From NCBI GenBank assembly GCA_028534125.1, contig CM052816.1, forward strand, positions 372,001 through 436,000: a stretch of DNA of 64,000 nucleotides. Reading direction: 5' to 3'. Of the stretch, positions 1 to 12,640 are shown piece by piece. The stretch is from Lama glama. Lineage: Eukaryota. The notes below the pieces were generated by a model. That model did not search any database, was not told the origin of the DNA, and saw only the letters and a program-made list of their open reading frames with translations. Both the position numbers and the translations under genes were made by a program. Numbering within the stretch: the stretch's first letter is position 1; each line of letters starts with the position of its first letter.

Positions 1-366
1 TCACTGAGCTCTTGCCAGTCTGTCCCGAAGGTCTTGCCTCCCTGACATCCCGGCCAGAGCAGGGCTGGCCACAAGGTGGGAAGGAACAAAAGCAGCCCAC
101 CATCCCACAATCTCTTACCTGCTTCCTCTAAACAGAGCTGCCTCCGCCCAGCCTCTGCCTCCAGCCACTCAGTGTCATGGGAGGGAGCTGAGTTTGTGAG
201 CAAATTGTGAGCGGTGTCATGCGGGGCAGATAGAGGCTGTGGCTGGAGAAGATCGTGAGAGTATCTAGGAGGGCTTCCTGGAGGTGGGGTGGGGGTGGGG
301 AGGCGTGGGAGCTTGGCCCAGGTGCTCTGACCTGGCTGGTAAAGGCCCCCCTCGCCCACACCGCAG

Positions 367-639
367 AGCCCGAGGTGACCATTGTGCGGGGCCTGGTTGA
401 CATCGAGGCACAGGCCGACGGGGAAGCAGAGTTCAGCTGCGAGGTGTCTCGGGCTGGGGCCGTGGACGTGGAGTGGCGCCTCCAGGGCCTGCCACTGCAG
501 AGCAACGAGGTGACGGAGGTGGGCGTGCGGGGTGGCTGCACCCACACACTGAGGCTGAAGGGCGTGACTCCCGAGGACGCAGGCACTGTCTCCTTCCACG
601 TGGGCCTCCACACATCCTCTGCCCAGCTCACCGTGCGAG
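367..639 (+). CDS. OBSCN: obscurin Ig-domain exon (EPEVTIVRGL...QLTVR)
   Basis: cag|AG...CGAG|gtag, 273 nt, phase 1-1, I-set Ig motif. Confidence 0.93.
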
Positions 640-935
640 GTAGTGGGAACCGGGCCTCCCTGCTCACTGCGCTTGGGGTCGGAACATCCTGGCCCTCCTT
701 GGACCAGGCCCTGTCCAGGGACTGTGGCTGACAGCAAGGCTTCTTGCCTTTGTGGGACGGGGGACTGGCAGTGATTCTGGGGTGGCCCGAGATGTTGGGG
801 TAGAGTGGTGCCTAGTGTGCTTGACTTCAAGAGTTGGGGCTGGGGTATCAGGTGCACCTCCCTGCTGGTGGGGAGGGGGGCATCCCAGCCACGGAGGCTG
901 ACGCCACGCCTTCACCTCACTCCCACCCTGTGCAG

Positions 936-1132
936 TCCCTGAAGTGACCATCTTGGAGCCCCTGCAGGACGTGCAGCTCAGCGAGGGCCAGGACGCCCAC
1001 TTCCAGTGCCGGCTGTCCAGGGCCGTGGGCCAGGAGGCCCACTGGGCCCTGGGAGGGGTGCCCCTGCAGGCCAACGAGATGAACGACATCGCAGTGGAGC
1101 ACGGCACACTCCACCTGCTCACCCTGCACAAG
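936..1132 (+). CDS. OBSCN: obscurin Ig exon, first part (PEVTILEPLQ...LHK)
   Basis: cag|TC...AAG|gtgg, 197 nt, phase 1-0. Confidence 0.92.
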
Positions 1133-1303
1133 GTGGGGTTCCCCGGACCTGCCCGGGTCACACGGTGCTCCCATGGGGCCGTCCTCCCACCCCAGGGAGG
1201 AAGGGGAAAGATTCCAACTCCAGTCAAATTGGGCTGGAGACTTGCAAGCAGAGATGGTCAGAGTGGTGCTGCCAGGCTCACAGCCCCATCTCTGCTCCCA
1301 CAG

Positions 1304-1379
1304 GTGACCCATGAAGATGCCGGAACCATCAGTTTCCAAGTGGGTTCCTGTAGTTCAGAGGCTCAGCTGAAGGTCACAG
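1304..1379 (+). CDS. OBSCN: obscurin Ig exon, second part (VTHEDAG...KVT)
   Basis: cag|GTG...ACAG|gtgg, 76 nt, phase 0-1. Confidence 0.92.
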
Positions 1380-1932
1380 GTGGGCAGCCCCCTCCTCCAC
1401 CCAGTCCCATTGCTTCTAAATGTCTGTGCTTCCTTACCCAAGGGGCTGTTGGCAGGTGGTGAGGCCAGAACCCTGGGCCATCTAGCAGCGAAAGTACCTT
1501 GGGGTGGCAACTTGCCACCCTTGACTAAAGTCACTGGGGGTGGGCCAGTCAAATCAGCTTGACAAATTCTGGTGTGTGGGACCAGCGCTGTCTGTAGGAG
1601 GGGGCCGGGGAGTCTGGCTGCTGGGGACCTCGGCCCTGGAGGGGAAGCAGGGCCTTGTGGACTTCTGCCCTCCACACAGCCGCCCCTGTGACACAGGTCC
1701 CTGTGTTCCCGTCCACGCTGACACACACCTGCATGCCTGGCAGGCTTCCAGCTACCGATACAACAGCACACCGGCGACATGTGAATTGTTTGTGGCATAC
1801 TTTACATGGCCCCAGACTTGCAAATAGGATTTAAGCACCTTCCATTTGGGTTCGTCCCCGGAGTTGGTCATCTCTGAGTCCCTGGTCCTGAGAGACCCTC
1901 CCCTGGTGTCCTACTCCTGGTTCTCATGCTAG

Positions 1933-2610
1933 TTCCATCCATCCATCCATCCATCCATCAATCCATCATCCACCATCTACCCATCCATTTATCTATGCAT
2001 ACATGCATCCATCCATACCTCTGTTCCATCCATCCATTCATCTAGCATTCATCTATTCAACTATCCATTTATCTACCATCCATCCATCTGCCCAACCACC
2101 ATCTATTCATCCACCATCCCTACATTTATCCATCCATCATCTACCCATCCATCTACCATCCATCATCCACCTGCCATCCATCCATATAACCACTGTCCTA
2201 CTACCATCCATCCGTATGTTTATCCATCCAACCATCTATCCATTCATCACTCATCTATCCGTTCATCCTCCCATCCATCCATCCATTTATCCATCCACCA
2301 TCCATTCACCCACCATGTACCCATCCATCCACCGTCCATCCATTCATCCATCCACCATACATTAATCTGTCATTCCACCATACATTTACCCATCTACTGA
2401 TCCACCCATCCATCTATTATCCATCCATCCACCAGCCACCCATATATCTATATATCCATCTACCATTCATCCGTCATCCATCACTTATCCACCATCAATT
2501 CATTCACCCATCCATCTATTTATCCACCATCCATCCATCTATCTATCCACCATCCATTCACCTTTCCATCTGCCCACTGTCTATCCATCATCATCTATTT
2601 ACTATCCACC
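1933..2610. repeat. degenerate (TCCA)n simple repeat
   Basis: long run of TCCA/TCTA/TTCA units. Confidence 0.95.
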
Positions 2611-2787
2611 TTGAGAGGGAACAGATGCAGCTCTGCCCTGAGGGAGTCCCCAGCCCGCTGGGAGAGTTGTACATAAAGACAGAGTATGTCCTGAGTCCCA
2701 GGCCCCCCCCCCGCCACCCCTAGTCCTCACATGACCAGCTCTGTGGCCTGTGGGGTTGAGAAGGCTCCAGAGCGTAGTGCCCTCAGG

Positions 2788-2940
2788 GAGTGGGGAGGGA
2801 AGCAGCTCAGGGGTAGAGCGCATGCTTAGCATGCACGAGGTCCTGGGTTCAGTCACCAGTACCTCCATTAAAAGAAGGAAAATAAATAAATAAATAAGCA
2901 AGCCCATAACCCAAATATAAAGTAAACTTTGGGGGGAAAA
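2788..2940 (+). mobile_element. tRNA-Ala-derived SINE (camelid vic-1-like)
   Basis: tRNA-Ala(AGC)-like head GGGGAGGG..AGCTCAG..GTAGAGCGCATGCTTAGCATGCACGAGGTCCTGGGTTCA, A-rich (AAAT)n tail, degenerate target-site duplication (TSD) at 2769-2787 and 2941-2959. Confidence 0.85.
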
Positions 2941-3978
2941 AGAGTGCAGTGCCGTCAAGTTGAGTGATAGGAGGGGGACAGTGTCCTGGGTGCCCTGAGC
3001 TGGGCCAGCCCAGGGGAGCCTCATGTGTGTGTCAGAGTGCACATCTGTGAGGGGGAAGCATGGAGCCGGGGTGAGCCTTGCAGATCCCACTGAGGGCTGT
3101 GCCTTGGCCCCTCCCAGCCAGGTGTCCCCAGTTGGGGCAAGCTGGTTCTTGTACAGAGCTTCACGGGCAGAGCCACGAGGATGGGGTTGTGAGACTGGGT
3201 GACCTGGCAGGTGGCATATATACGAGCAAGCTTGGGAACTGTGCTGGAGATGCAGATGGGGAGCTGGCGGAGCAGGCTGGGGATGCAGTTAGATGTGCAC
3301 ACTCGGGAGAGTGTGGAGCAGCTGGTGAGGGGCTGGGACTGGGGTGTTGCTGGTGCACGCCTAGGAGGGGCGTGGAGGGCTTCTGAGGCAGGTACAGGGG
3401 CACACAACAGGCGTCTGGGAAGCCCCCTGCTGTGTGACAGGTCAGGGAGACGTTGCCATTCTGCATTAGTGTCCCAGAGTCTTAGGGCCAGAGGGACCTC
3501 AGGGGACATCTGGGCAAATGGCCATCTGGAAATGGGAGAAGCGTCTGCTTCCACATCGCCAGGGAAGAAGGGTTCACGTCCCAAGGCAGATCCCCTCCCT
3601 CTCAGAGAGGTAGACCCCATGGCTCTCCTCTCTAGCCCACACCCAACCCCACGTGGGACTTGGGGCTTGTCAGTTCTGCCTTCTGAAAAGGGTGTCGATG
3701 CAGGTCATTGGTCTCCTTTGGTGAAACTGAACATTTTCTGAAGGGGGCTGTGGGGTGCAGGGGAGCTGAACTGGTTCAGCTATGGGTGGTCTCCATGTCT
3801 CATTCTGTGAGCAGGGGGAGCCAGCTGGCCTGGGTGGATCTCTAGATTCCAGCCCCCCCAGCATGGTGGACCCCAGGGTGGCCCTTGCAGACTTGAGGTT
3901 GCCCCCAAATGGTGGACCCCACCGTGGCCCCACAGACCCAGGGCACCCCAGCTTCCCTCCTTTTGCCCTCTTGCACAG

Positions 3979-4251
3979 AGGCAGCGCGGTGCCTGGTACG
4001 TGGCTTACAGAACGTGGACGTCTTTGCGGGGGAGGTGGCCACGTTCTCCTGTGAGGTGTCCCGTGCAGGTGGGCCGGAGGCCCGCTGGTGGCTGGATGGG
4101 ACCCTGCTGCAGGACGGCCCCCAGAGTGCCATCTCCGTGCGTGATGGGACCTTCCACTCCCTCACGCTCTCAGGCCTGGGGGTTGCCGACTCGGGCACCA
4201 TCACCTACCGCGCAGGGCCCCTGGTCTCCACGGCCAAGTTGTTGGTCAAAG
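3979..4251 (+). CDS. OBSCN: obscurin Ig exon (EAARCLVRGL...LLVK)
   Basis: 273 nt, phase 1-1, cag/gt boundaries. Confidence 0.93.
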
Positions 4252-5269
4252 GTACCAGCCGATAGAACCCGGCCCCACGCTGGCGCTTCTGCCCTGCTGC
4301 CCCTGCACGCTTCCTGCGGGCTCCCAGGGCGGGGAGTCAGGGACTGGCCCCCAGGAGGCAGACTGGGCACTTGCCCACGGGTGCCAGGAGTGGGCACTGT
4401 GGGCGGGCTGCAGTCCCATCTTATGGATGAGAAAGAAGGCCGGACTCAGAGCAGTGAAGCTGCAGGCCGACCCCGTGCCCATCTGCTCACAGGGCCCTGG
4501 GCACTGCTGCCTGCCGGGCCGCCACTCTGCCGCTGCACCTCCCTCAGGCACACACCAGAGAGCAGCTTGGAGGCGAAGGCAGCTTTCCCGGCCCCCGGCA
4601 TGGCCTGCACTGTCCTGGCTTGTAGCTGCTTCCCCTGCTGCGGGCTTGGTCAGGGTCTTGTGCCCTTTGGGAAGAGCTAGCCATTGGGGTGGGTAGTGGG
4701 CTGCCAGGGACCCCCATCCTCAGTCCCCTCGCAGTGGGGTTACCGAGCACTCCTGGAACATTGGCCAGCTGGCCTCCTCCGTGCTCTTGCAGAGTGAATG
4801 TGGGTGGTTGCGCAGATCCGAGGGGCAAATCACGTGTTGAGTAGGATTTCAGCAGGAGGAAATGGGATGGGGGCCCCGAGATCGTGGAAGCGGCCCCTGG
4901 AGAAGGGAGAAGTTGGGCTGGGGGTACCAGGTGCCCAGTGGAGCTGTGGATGCTAAGTGGGCCCAAGAGCTTGTGTCCAGCTGGGGCAACATGTGCCCTG
5001 GGCCAGCGGAGGTGGGGTCTCTAGGGGCAACAGTGGTTGGACGGAGCCCAGTGGATGGAGGCCGAGCCAATGGTGCCATCTGCCATGGGTGGGGGGGTGT
5101 GGGGGCAAGGTTTGCCCCATGTGGGGAGCCCTGGGCCCCCGTGGTGGGGCCCCTTTCTACCACAGCCCTGCTTTTGCTTGCCTCGGAGTCGCTGGCGCTG
5201 ACTGCAGGGTGGGGGCGGGCTGCAGCCACACCGCTCCAGCTGACGCGTGCCTGGCCTGTCGGCCAACAG

Positions 5270-5536
5270 ATCCCACAGTGGAGGTGGTCAGTGCCATGCA
5301 GGACCTGGCAGTGGAGGAGGGTGGCCTGGCCGAGCTCCTCTGCCAGTACTCACGGCCCGTGCAGGCCACATGGAAGATGGACGAGCAGGAGGTGTGCGCC
5401 GACGGGCGCCGAGTCGTCATAGAGCAGGACTGGACCGTGGCCAGGCTGTCCTTCAGGCCGGCCTTGCCCTGTGACAGCGGCATCTATTCTTGTGAGGCCG
5501 CGGGCACCCGCGTGGTGGCCCTGCTCCAAGTGCAAG
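5270..5536 (+). CDS. OBSCN: obscurin Ig exon (DPTVEVVS...LQVQ)
   Basis: 267 nt, phase 1-1. Confidence 0.93.
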
Positions 5537-6194
5537 GTGAGGCCGCCTGGCGGGCAGCCCCAGGCCCCCGCAGCTGCGGTGCAGCTCATGTGGAGCCACG
5601 ATGGTGGAATCGCTGGCTGGCTAGAAAGATGGGATCCCAGCGGGCAGATCCTGGGCCCTGAGCCCACCCAGACCCTCTCTCCTCCCCCAAGCAGCCTGAC
5701 AGGACAGGATGGCTGGAAAACCGGGGCAGAGGCTGCACGTGAAGAATCTGCATCCAGAGCACCTGGGGGGAGGGGTCGAGGTGGAGGTTGGCAGGGAAGC
5801 AGCCTCTAGGCAGGCAGGTGGGTGGGCAGGGCTGAGGGCTGGGAGGCCCTAGGCGGGGCTGTGTCCTCGGAGGAGGAGGGCCTCAGGGCAGGCCTCCCTG
5901 AAGAGCTGGTTCTGATCCCAGCTCTGCCCCTTCCCAGGCTGTTCATTCAAAGGGTCCTCTGATCCCCACGTTCCCTTCTGCAGCAGAAAGGATGCGCTGT
6001 GAGGGGGCAGGGAGGGGAGACGGTGGGCTGCAGCCGTGCAGGGGAGGAGGTGGCATTCGCTGCAGCCTCTTCCTATTTGGGAAAATCTGAAATGTTCTCG
6101 GAGACGAGTTGGCCGTTGTCAGGCAGTTATGAAGGGGCCCGTCCAAGCTGGGATGAGCAGGTGGGACCTGGTTTGGGCCGCTGGCCGCCTGAGG

Positions 6195-6420
6195 TCACTC
6201 ACACTCATTCACACACCAGTTCAACAATTAAGTTTTTTAAACACTTTTTTGGGCCCCTGGGGGCATAATAGCGAACGAACAAAAATCCTTCCTTTCCAGG
6301 GTGACAGACATCCCTGTGGGAAGTGAAGGAAGACGTGGTAGGAGTAATGGGTGGGTGGGGGGAGCTGCAGTGTGCACCTGGGCCTGAAGGAGGCGGCGGG
6401 GGGGGGGGGGCCTGTTGACA
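6195..6420. mobile_element. old LINE-2-like fragment
   Basis: TCACTCATTCA..CAACAATT-type L2 end pattern, heavily degraded. Confidence 0.35.
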
Positions 6421-7852
6421 TCTGGCGCAGAACATTCAGGGCCTCAGGCAGGGAGTAGAGAACAGAATGCAGAGAAGTAGCTGACGGCAGGCGGGAGGCC
6501 TCAGAGGCTCACTTCTGCTTTAAAATCTGGGATTTTATTGAGACAAAGCGGTCTTGATCCTTGAATGGGAGCTAAGGAGGGCGAGCTCCAGCAGTGACTG
6601 CAGGCCCAGCCTCCCCCCGCACCCCACCCGTCCCATCACGGCCAAGAGCAGCCGCAGCCCTGATCTGACGGGCTGGTTGCCACCCCCTCAGGCACACGGG
6701 GATGTGGGGTGCGCTCCCAAGCCCCTGTAGGCTCTGTCAGTCCTGACTCGGGGAGGAGAGGAGCAGGGATGTCGGAGAGTCTAGGGTATGAGCTGACCTG
6801 GGCCAGGAGGGCGGCGAGGAGAGGGATGTGGATGGGCCCTGTGGGTCCTCTGCTCTGAGATGTCCTCCCCGCTTAACTCCCTGGGAGACCTCCGTCCAGA
6901 GGGAACACCGCTGCTTGAGGAGGGTGTGGCCTCTGTGGACAAGCTGGGAGGGAGCATCAGAGCTTTGTGCTGGTTCCATTTAGGGCGCACACCCCTGACG
7001 GCAGGTGGGGTTGTGGGCCTGGAGCTCAGGCCAGGCTACCACCACTCTCAGTGACCGCAGTGGCTCCTTGTTACTGCGTGGGTCAAGGCCAGACTTCCCC
7101 AGCGTCCTGGACAGCCCTGGGTCACCTGGTACCCCTTCCTGCCTGGCTTTACCCCTGCCTGTTGCCCCCAGTCTGGCTTTGTCCCCTCTTGTCACTCCTC
7201 CTGCCTGGACACCTCCACCACCTGGCTCAGCCATGCCCGGCCTCACAGATCCACCCGATCCAGGAAGCTCCCCCTGGACTTTGAAGCTCATTGGCGTTGC
7301 CTTCAGTATAGGCAGCCTGTTGTGGGAATGGGCCGTTCAAAGTGGCTAGTCCCCCGTGGGGACCAGGCACTGAGCTGGGGCTGGGGCCTGGCATACCTAG
7401 TCCTGACCTCATGGCTTCCACGAATAATGTGTAGAGTTACTACTTATTATATACTGGCTGCATGTACACGAGAATTAGGGCAGAGGTCTGTCTGGTCCAC
7501 TGGAGTGCAGGGAGCAGCCCGGCAGGTCTGGGGCTGAAAAAGAAGGGGAGCCTCACTGTGGCCTCCAGTGAGTTTTCAGTCTGAACATCTGTGCGGCGTC
7601 TTGCCTGTGAGCTGGGGAGGAACGCCCCCTCCCCAGCCACAGGCCTGGTGACAGGGTAGGGGTGGGCGGGGCCTCAGGAGGTCCCTGTGTGGCTACTCCA
7701 GGTGGACATGCAGCCGCCCCCCACCTGGCTGCCCTCTGTTAGGCCCTTGGTCCTGGGCATTGGCGGAGGGGGCGTGTCTCCCACCTGACTGTTGGGGGTG
7801 CTGGTCCGCGGGAGCCCCCAGCATGTCTTGAGCCGCCCCCCTCTCTCCACAG

Positions 7853-8125
7853 CGAAGAACACGGTGGTCAAGGGCCTGGAGAATGTGGAGGCACCCGAGG
7901 GCGGCGAGGCGCTGTTTGAGTGCCACTTGTCCCGGCCAGAGGTGGCCGCCCACACCTGGCTGCTGGACGACGAGCCGGTGCACACCTCCGAGAACGTCGA
8001 GGTGGTCTACTTCGACAACGGCCTGCGGCACCTGCTGCTGCTCAAAAACCTGCGGCCGCAGGACAGTTGCCGGGTGACCTTCCTGGCGGGGGACATGGTG
8101 ACTTCTGCATTCCTCACAGTCAGAG
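7853..8125 (+). CDS. OBSCN: obscurin Ig exon (titin-binding Ig58 equivalent; AKNTVVKGLE...LTVR)
   Basis: 273 nt, phase 1-1; resembles human Ig58 as recalled. Confidence 0.93.
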
Positions 8126-8714
8126 GTTAGGGATGTGGGCCGCGGGGAGGCGAGCATAGGTCGCTGCAACCCCCTCCCCCAATGCCCCACTGCAAGGGGG
8201 GGACTGGTCCTGAGACCCCTCCTACGGGGTACCCTGCTTCAAGGGGGAGGCGCTGAGGCCACAGGGCAGGGCGTGGGTCTCTCAGGCTTCTCCAGACGCC
8301 CCACTGCGGGGGCGGGGGCCTCTTAGACCCCCCCACCGGATGTCACGTGAGGTGGTGGTCCCAGTGGGGCACAGGGTACCGAGACCTCTCTCACCAGATG
8401 TTTGGTGGCGGGAGTTGGGGAGGAGTGGGGCGGAAGTAGGGGGTAGGTTTCTGACACTCCCCTCAGTGGGTGCTGGGCAGCTCGGCCCTGAGGGGAGCCT
8501 GGGGCCTCGGAGAAGGGAATCGGTTTTGAGACTGACCCCCGGAGCCTGGGGCCACCAGCGTGGGGTGGCAGTGTTGGGGACACGGATCTCTGAGACCGCT
8601 CCCACCGGAGGCTAGGCCCCCTCCTCTGTGTGAGGGTGATGGGAGCGGGCAGTGTGGGTGTTTCTGAGCCCCCTCAGCCCCGGTGCTCACGCTGCCACCC
8701 CATCCTGCCCCTAG

Positions 8715-8990
8715 GCTGGCGCTTGGAGATCTTGGAGCACCCCCGGGACATGACCGTGCGAACCGGGGAGAAAGCCAGCTTCAGCTGCACGCTCAGCGAG
8801 GCGGTGCTGGTGGGCGAAGCGACCTGGTACATCAATGGGGCTGCCGTGCAGCCGGACGATGCCGACTGGACAGTCACCGCCGACGGCAGCCACCACTCCC
8901 TGCTGCTGCACCAGGCCCAGCTGCGCCACGCCGGCGAGGTCACCTTTGCTGCCCGGGATGCCGTGGCCTCGGCACGGCTCACTGTGCTGG
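8715..8990 (+). CDS. OBSCN: obscurin Ig exon (Ig59 equivalent; GWRLEILE...LTVL)
   Basis: tag|GC...CTGG|gtgg, 276 nt, phase 1-1. Confidence 0.93.
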
Positions 8991-9317
8991 GTGGGTGATG
9001 GGGGCCTGCCTGCTGCAGCTTGGGTCCGGGGCTGTCCGGGAGACAGGTGGGGGGACAGGAGGTTCCAGCCCCAGAGGCTGCGGGGAGCTCTCGGGGGTCC
9101 CCAGTGCTAGGTGGGCTTCGGGCACTCAGTCTCTTCAAACACATGCTCCTCGCCACCTCAGAAAGTCTGGGCTGTGGGGCACAGTGACGCACAGGACTCC
9201 GGGTTAGGGGGGTGGCCCACACTGCACCCTGAGCAGACCCCAGGGTGAGCAGGGCTGGGTGTGCCGACTGGGTGCCGCTGCGCTGACCATGGGGCCGCAC
9301 TCCCCCTGCCTCTGCAG

Positions 9318-9605
9318 GCCTCCCCGACCCCCCTGAAGATGCGGAGGTGGTGGGGCACAGAGGCAGCTCCGTGACGTTGTCTTGGGTGGCGCCCACCAGC
9401 GACGGTGGGGGCGGCCTCTGTGGCTATCGGGTAGAGATGAAGGCCGCGGCCACAGGAGCGTGGCAGCTGTGCCACGAGCTGGTACCTGGCCCCGAGTGCG
9501 TGGTGGATGGCCTGGCCCCAGGGGAGGCCTACCGCTTCCGCGTGGCCGCAGTGGGCCCCGCGGGGGCCGGGGAGCCCGTGTACCTGCCCCAGACAGTGAG
9601 GCTGG
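9318..9605 (+). CDS. OBSCN: obscurin fibronectin type III exon
   Basis: LPDPPEDA..VTLSW..Y..YRFRVAAV motif, 288 nt, phase 1-1. Confidence 0.94.
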
Positions 9606-9709
9606 GTGAGTTGCCGCTTTAGTCCTGGCTGGTGAGGGAGGGAGTCCCAAGCTGGGGGAGCTCCCTCCTACACCCTTGCTGAGGCACCCTCCCTGGTTGC
9701 TGTTCGCAG

Positions 9710-9985
9710 AAGAGCCCCAGGAGCCCACATCTGTGCCCCCTGCACCCGAGAGCCGGCAGGTGGCAGTCGGGGAGGACGTTTGTCTAGAGTGCGAGGTGGC
9801 CGAGGCTGGCGAGGTCGTCTGGCTGAAGGGAACAGAGCGCATCCAGCCCAGTGGGCGCTTCCAGGTTCTCTGCCAGGGCCAGCGGCAGATGCTGGTGATC
9901 CGGGGCTTCTCAGCGGAGGACCAGGGAGAGTACCGCTGCGGCCCGGTCCAGGACCCGGCCTCTGTGGCAGCTGCTGCCTTCCAGG
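9710..9985 (+). CDS. OBSCN: obscurin Ig exon (EEPQEP...AAFQ)
   Basis: 276 nt, phase 1-1. Confidence 0.9.
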
Positions 9986-10548
9986 GTATGTCTTCCAGGG
10001 CCCAGCGTGCAGGAGACAGGGGAGCCCTGGGGCATGGAGTGGGCCAGCCATCTTCCTCACCAGCTCTGTCTCTCGGGGAACTTCAGGGAGTTCTCCTGAG
10101 GAGACTGTCTCCCACCAAGAAAGACTGGGGCCAGGGTAGGGAGATGCGCAAACCCTGTGTAGCTCAGCCTCCCTCAGAACCCGTGTCACTGACATCTGAG
10201 GCCAGAACTCTTTCTGAGTACGATGCTGGCCATGTCAGCCCTTCGTACCCACTGCTGGTTCCTTAAACCCTTGGGCCCCTGCTCTTTGAACCCCCTGCAC
10301 TCTGAGCCCCTCTGCACTTGCACTGATCCTGGCCTGGTGCTCGGGAGACTGAGGCCTGGCTTGATCAGGGGAAGCTGAAGCCCTGAGAGAGCCATTCAGA
10401 GCCTCTAAAACCTTGTAAAAATTGTGCATCTCTGGGGGCCCAGGCAGGCAGCAGAGTCCTATTGTGGGGACCCGAAGTCAGCAGCCAAGGCCAGCTTGGG
10501 ATCGTGGCTCTGTCCCCACCTGGCTGATCAGTCTCCTGCCCTTCTCAG

Positions 10549-10922
10549 TGGTACTGACCCCAGAATCTGGGGACGAGGTCCCGGCGCAGCCCAGCCTGCC
10601 CCCTGAGGCGGCCCAGGAAGGGGACCTGCACCTGCTGTGGGAGGCCCTGGCCCGGAAGCGCCGCATGAGCCGCGAGCCGACGCTGGACTCCATCAGCGAG
10701 CTCCCCGAGGAGGACGGACGCCCGCAGAGCCTACGGCACGAGGTGGAGGAGGTGGCTCCCGACCTCTCTGAGGACTACTCCACGGCCGACGAGCTGGCAC
10801 GCACTGGCGAGGCCGACCTCTCGCACACCAGCTCTGATGACGAGTCCCGGGCGGGCACTCCTTCCCTGGTCACCTACCTCAAGAAGGCTGGGAGGCCCGG
10901 TGCCTCACCACTGGCCACCAAG
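10549..10922 (+). CDS. OBSCN: obscurin linker exon (RKRRMSREPTLDSISE...)
   Basis: 374 nt, phase 1-0. Confidence 0.9.
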
Positions 10923-10979
10923 GTGCGTCTCCAGCCTTCCCTGCCAGGAGAGGCCTTGGCCTCTCAGATCTTCGCCGCT

Positions 10980-11150
10980 CCATCATTCATTCACACGCCA
11001 TCCATCCACTATCTGTCCATCTGTCCATTCACTGTCCATTGATCCATCCATCCACTGATTCACCCATCCATCCATCCACCGTCTGCCCATCTATCGGTCG
11101 TGCACCTGCCCATCCATCCATTCACAAGCCATCTATCCATCCATCCACCT
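10980..11150. repeat. (TCCA)n-like simple repeat
   Basis: TCCA/TTCA units. Confidence 0.85.
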
Positions 11151-11451
11151 GGCTGTTCAAATTTTCTGAAGAGCTGGAGGCAGCGTCTTCGTGGTGTTCC
11201 TCACAGCTCTGTCCCACTTTCAGGAAAACAGTTTCAAGGAGGGTGGGCTTGCTCTTTGGCAACAATAGAAGCCATCGGGCATCTGGCGTCATGAAGGCAG
11301 TACGGTTGCCAGCAGCCAGCAGGCAGGAGGCATGCGAGATGTGGAGCTGGGCTAGCAGACCTGGGCTCATTTCCCTCTGCCCTCTGTGTGTCCCTGCACC
11401 ATCATTTCCCTATCCGAGGCCTCAGGTGCCCTCCCTTACCTGTGCACACAG

Positions 11452-12313
11452 GTTGAGGCTCCAGCAGCCCCCTCTGGGAAGCCACAGAAGCAGCAGGAGA
11501 AGCCAGCTGCAGAGCGCCAACCGCTAGGGGACCTGAGTGCCAAGGACCAGGGTGACCTGTCCATGGACAAGGCAGCTGTGAAGATCCAGGCTGCCTTCAA
11601 GGGTTACAAGGTTCGGAAGGAGATGCAGCAGCAGGAGGGGCCTGTGTTTTGCCGCACGTTTGGGGACACTGTGGCACAGGTGGGGGATGTCCTGCACCTG
11701 GAGTGCGTCGTGTCCAGCAAGACAGATGTGCGTGCCCACTGGCTGAAGGATGGCGTGGAGCTGACCGATGGCCGGCACCACCACATTGACCAGCTTGGGG
11801 ATGGCACCTGCTCTCTGCTGGTCACCAGCCTGGGCCGGGCCGATGCTGGCCGCTATACCTGTCAGGTGAGCAACAAGTTCGGCCACGTGACCCACAGTGC
11901 CTGTGTGGTGGTCAGTGGGACGGAGAGCGAGACCGAGAGTTCCTCCGGGGGTGAACTGGATGACACCTTCCGCCGGGCAGCCCGGCGGCTGCACCGCCTC
12001 TTCCGCACCAAGGGCCCAGCAGACGTTTCAGACGAGGAGATCTTCTTCAGTGCTGACGAGGGCAAGGCAGAGCCCGAGGAACCTGGGGACTGGCAGACGT
12101 ACCGTGAAGACGAGAACTTCGTCTGCATCCGCTTCGAGACACTTGCCGAGGCCCACCGGGCGGCCACCTGCTTCCGGGAGATGTTCGGCTCCCAGGGCAT
12201 CGGAGTGGACGTCAGTCTGTTGGAGCAGGGGCTGCAGGGGGTGGAGATGCGCATTGGCAAGGGGGCCCCCACCCCGGCAGCCCCTCCGGAGCCAGGGCTG
12301 ACCTCAGAGGCTG
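11452..12313 (+). CDS. OBSCN: obscurin exon with IQ motif and Ig domain
   Basis: IQAAFKGYKVRK at 11584-11619, then Ig; 862 nt, phase 0-1. Confidence 0.92.
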
Positions 12314-12454
12314 GTGAGTCTGCAAGCTACCTGGGTCAGGGGGTGGGCGGAGAAGAGGACCAAAGCCAGTGGCGGTGACCAGGGTCAGCTGAAAAGTTAA
12401 GGAGGTGGCTGAGCTTTCGCTTCTGGCCGTTTGCAGATGCAGCCCACTGAGCTG

Positions 12455-12640
12455 GGAAGAGCCCTGACTTCGGGCTTAGACAGAGCTCAGTTTACATCCC
12501 AGCTCTGCCTGTAATTAGCTAGCTTCTTTGAGCCTCAGCATCCTATTCTGTGAAATGGACTTGGGAATACTGACTTCCTAGAGTTTAGGACCTTTTTCCC
12601 ACCATGAGGGCTTGAGATGTAATCTGTATAAAAGATGGGG
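12455..12640 (+). mobile_element. MIR SINE fragment
   Basis: ATCCCAGCTCTGCC...GAGCCTCAG..TCCT..TCTGTGAAATGG core. Confidence 0.7.

Noticed and set aside
2003..2365. His/Pro/Ser/Ile-rich 120-aa ORF
   Set aside because: Translation of the (TCCA)n repeat
2790..2868. tRNA-Ala gene
   Set aside because: Degenerate stems, an A-rich tail and a TSD indicate a SINE
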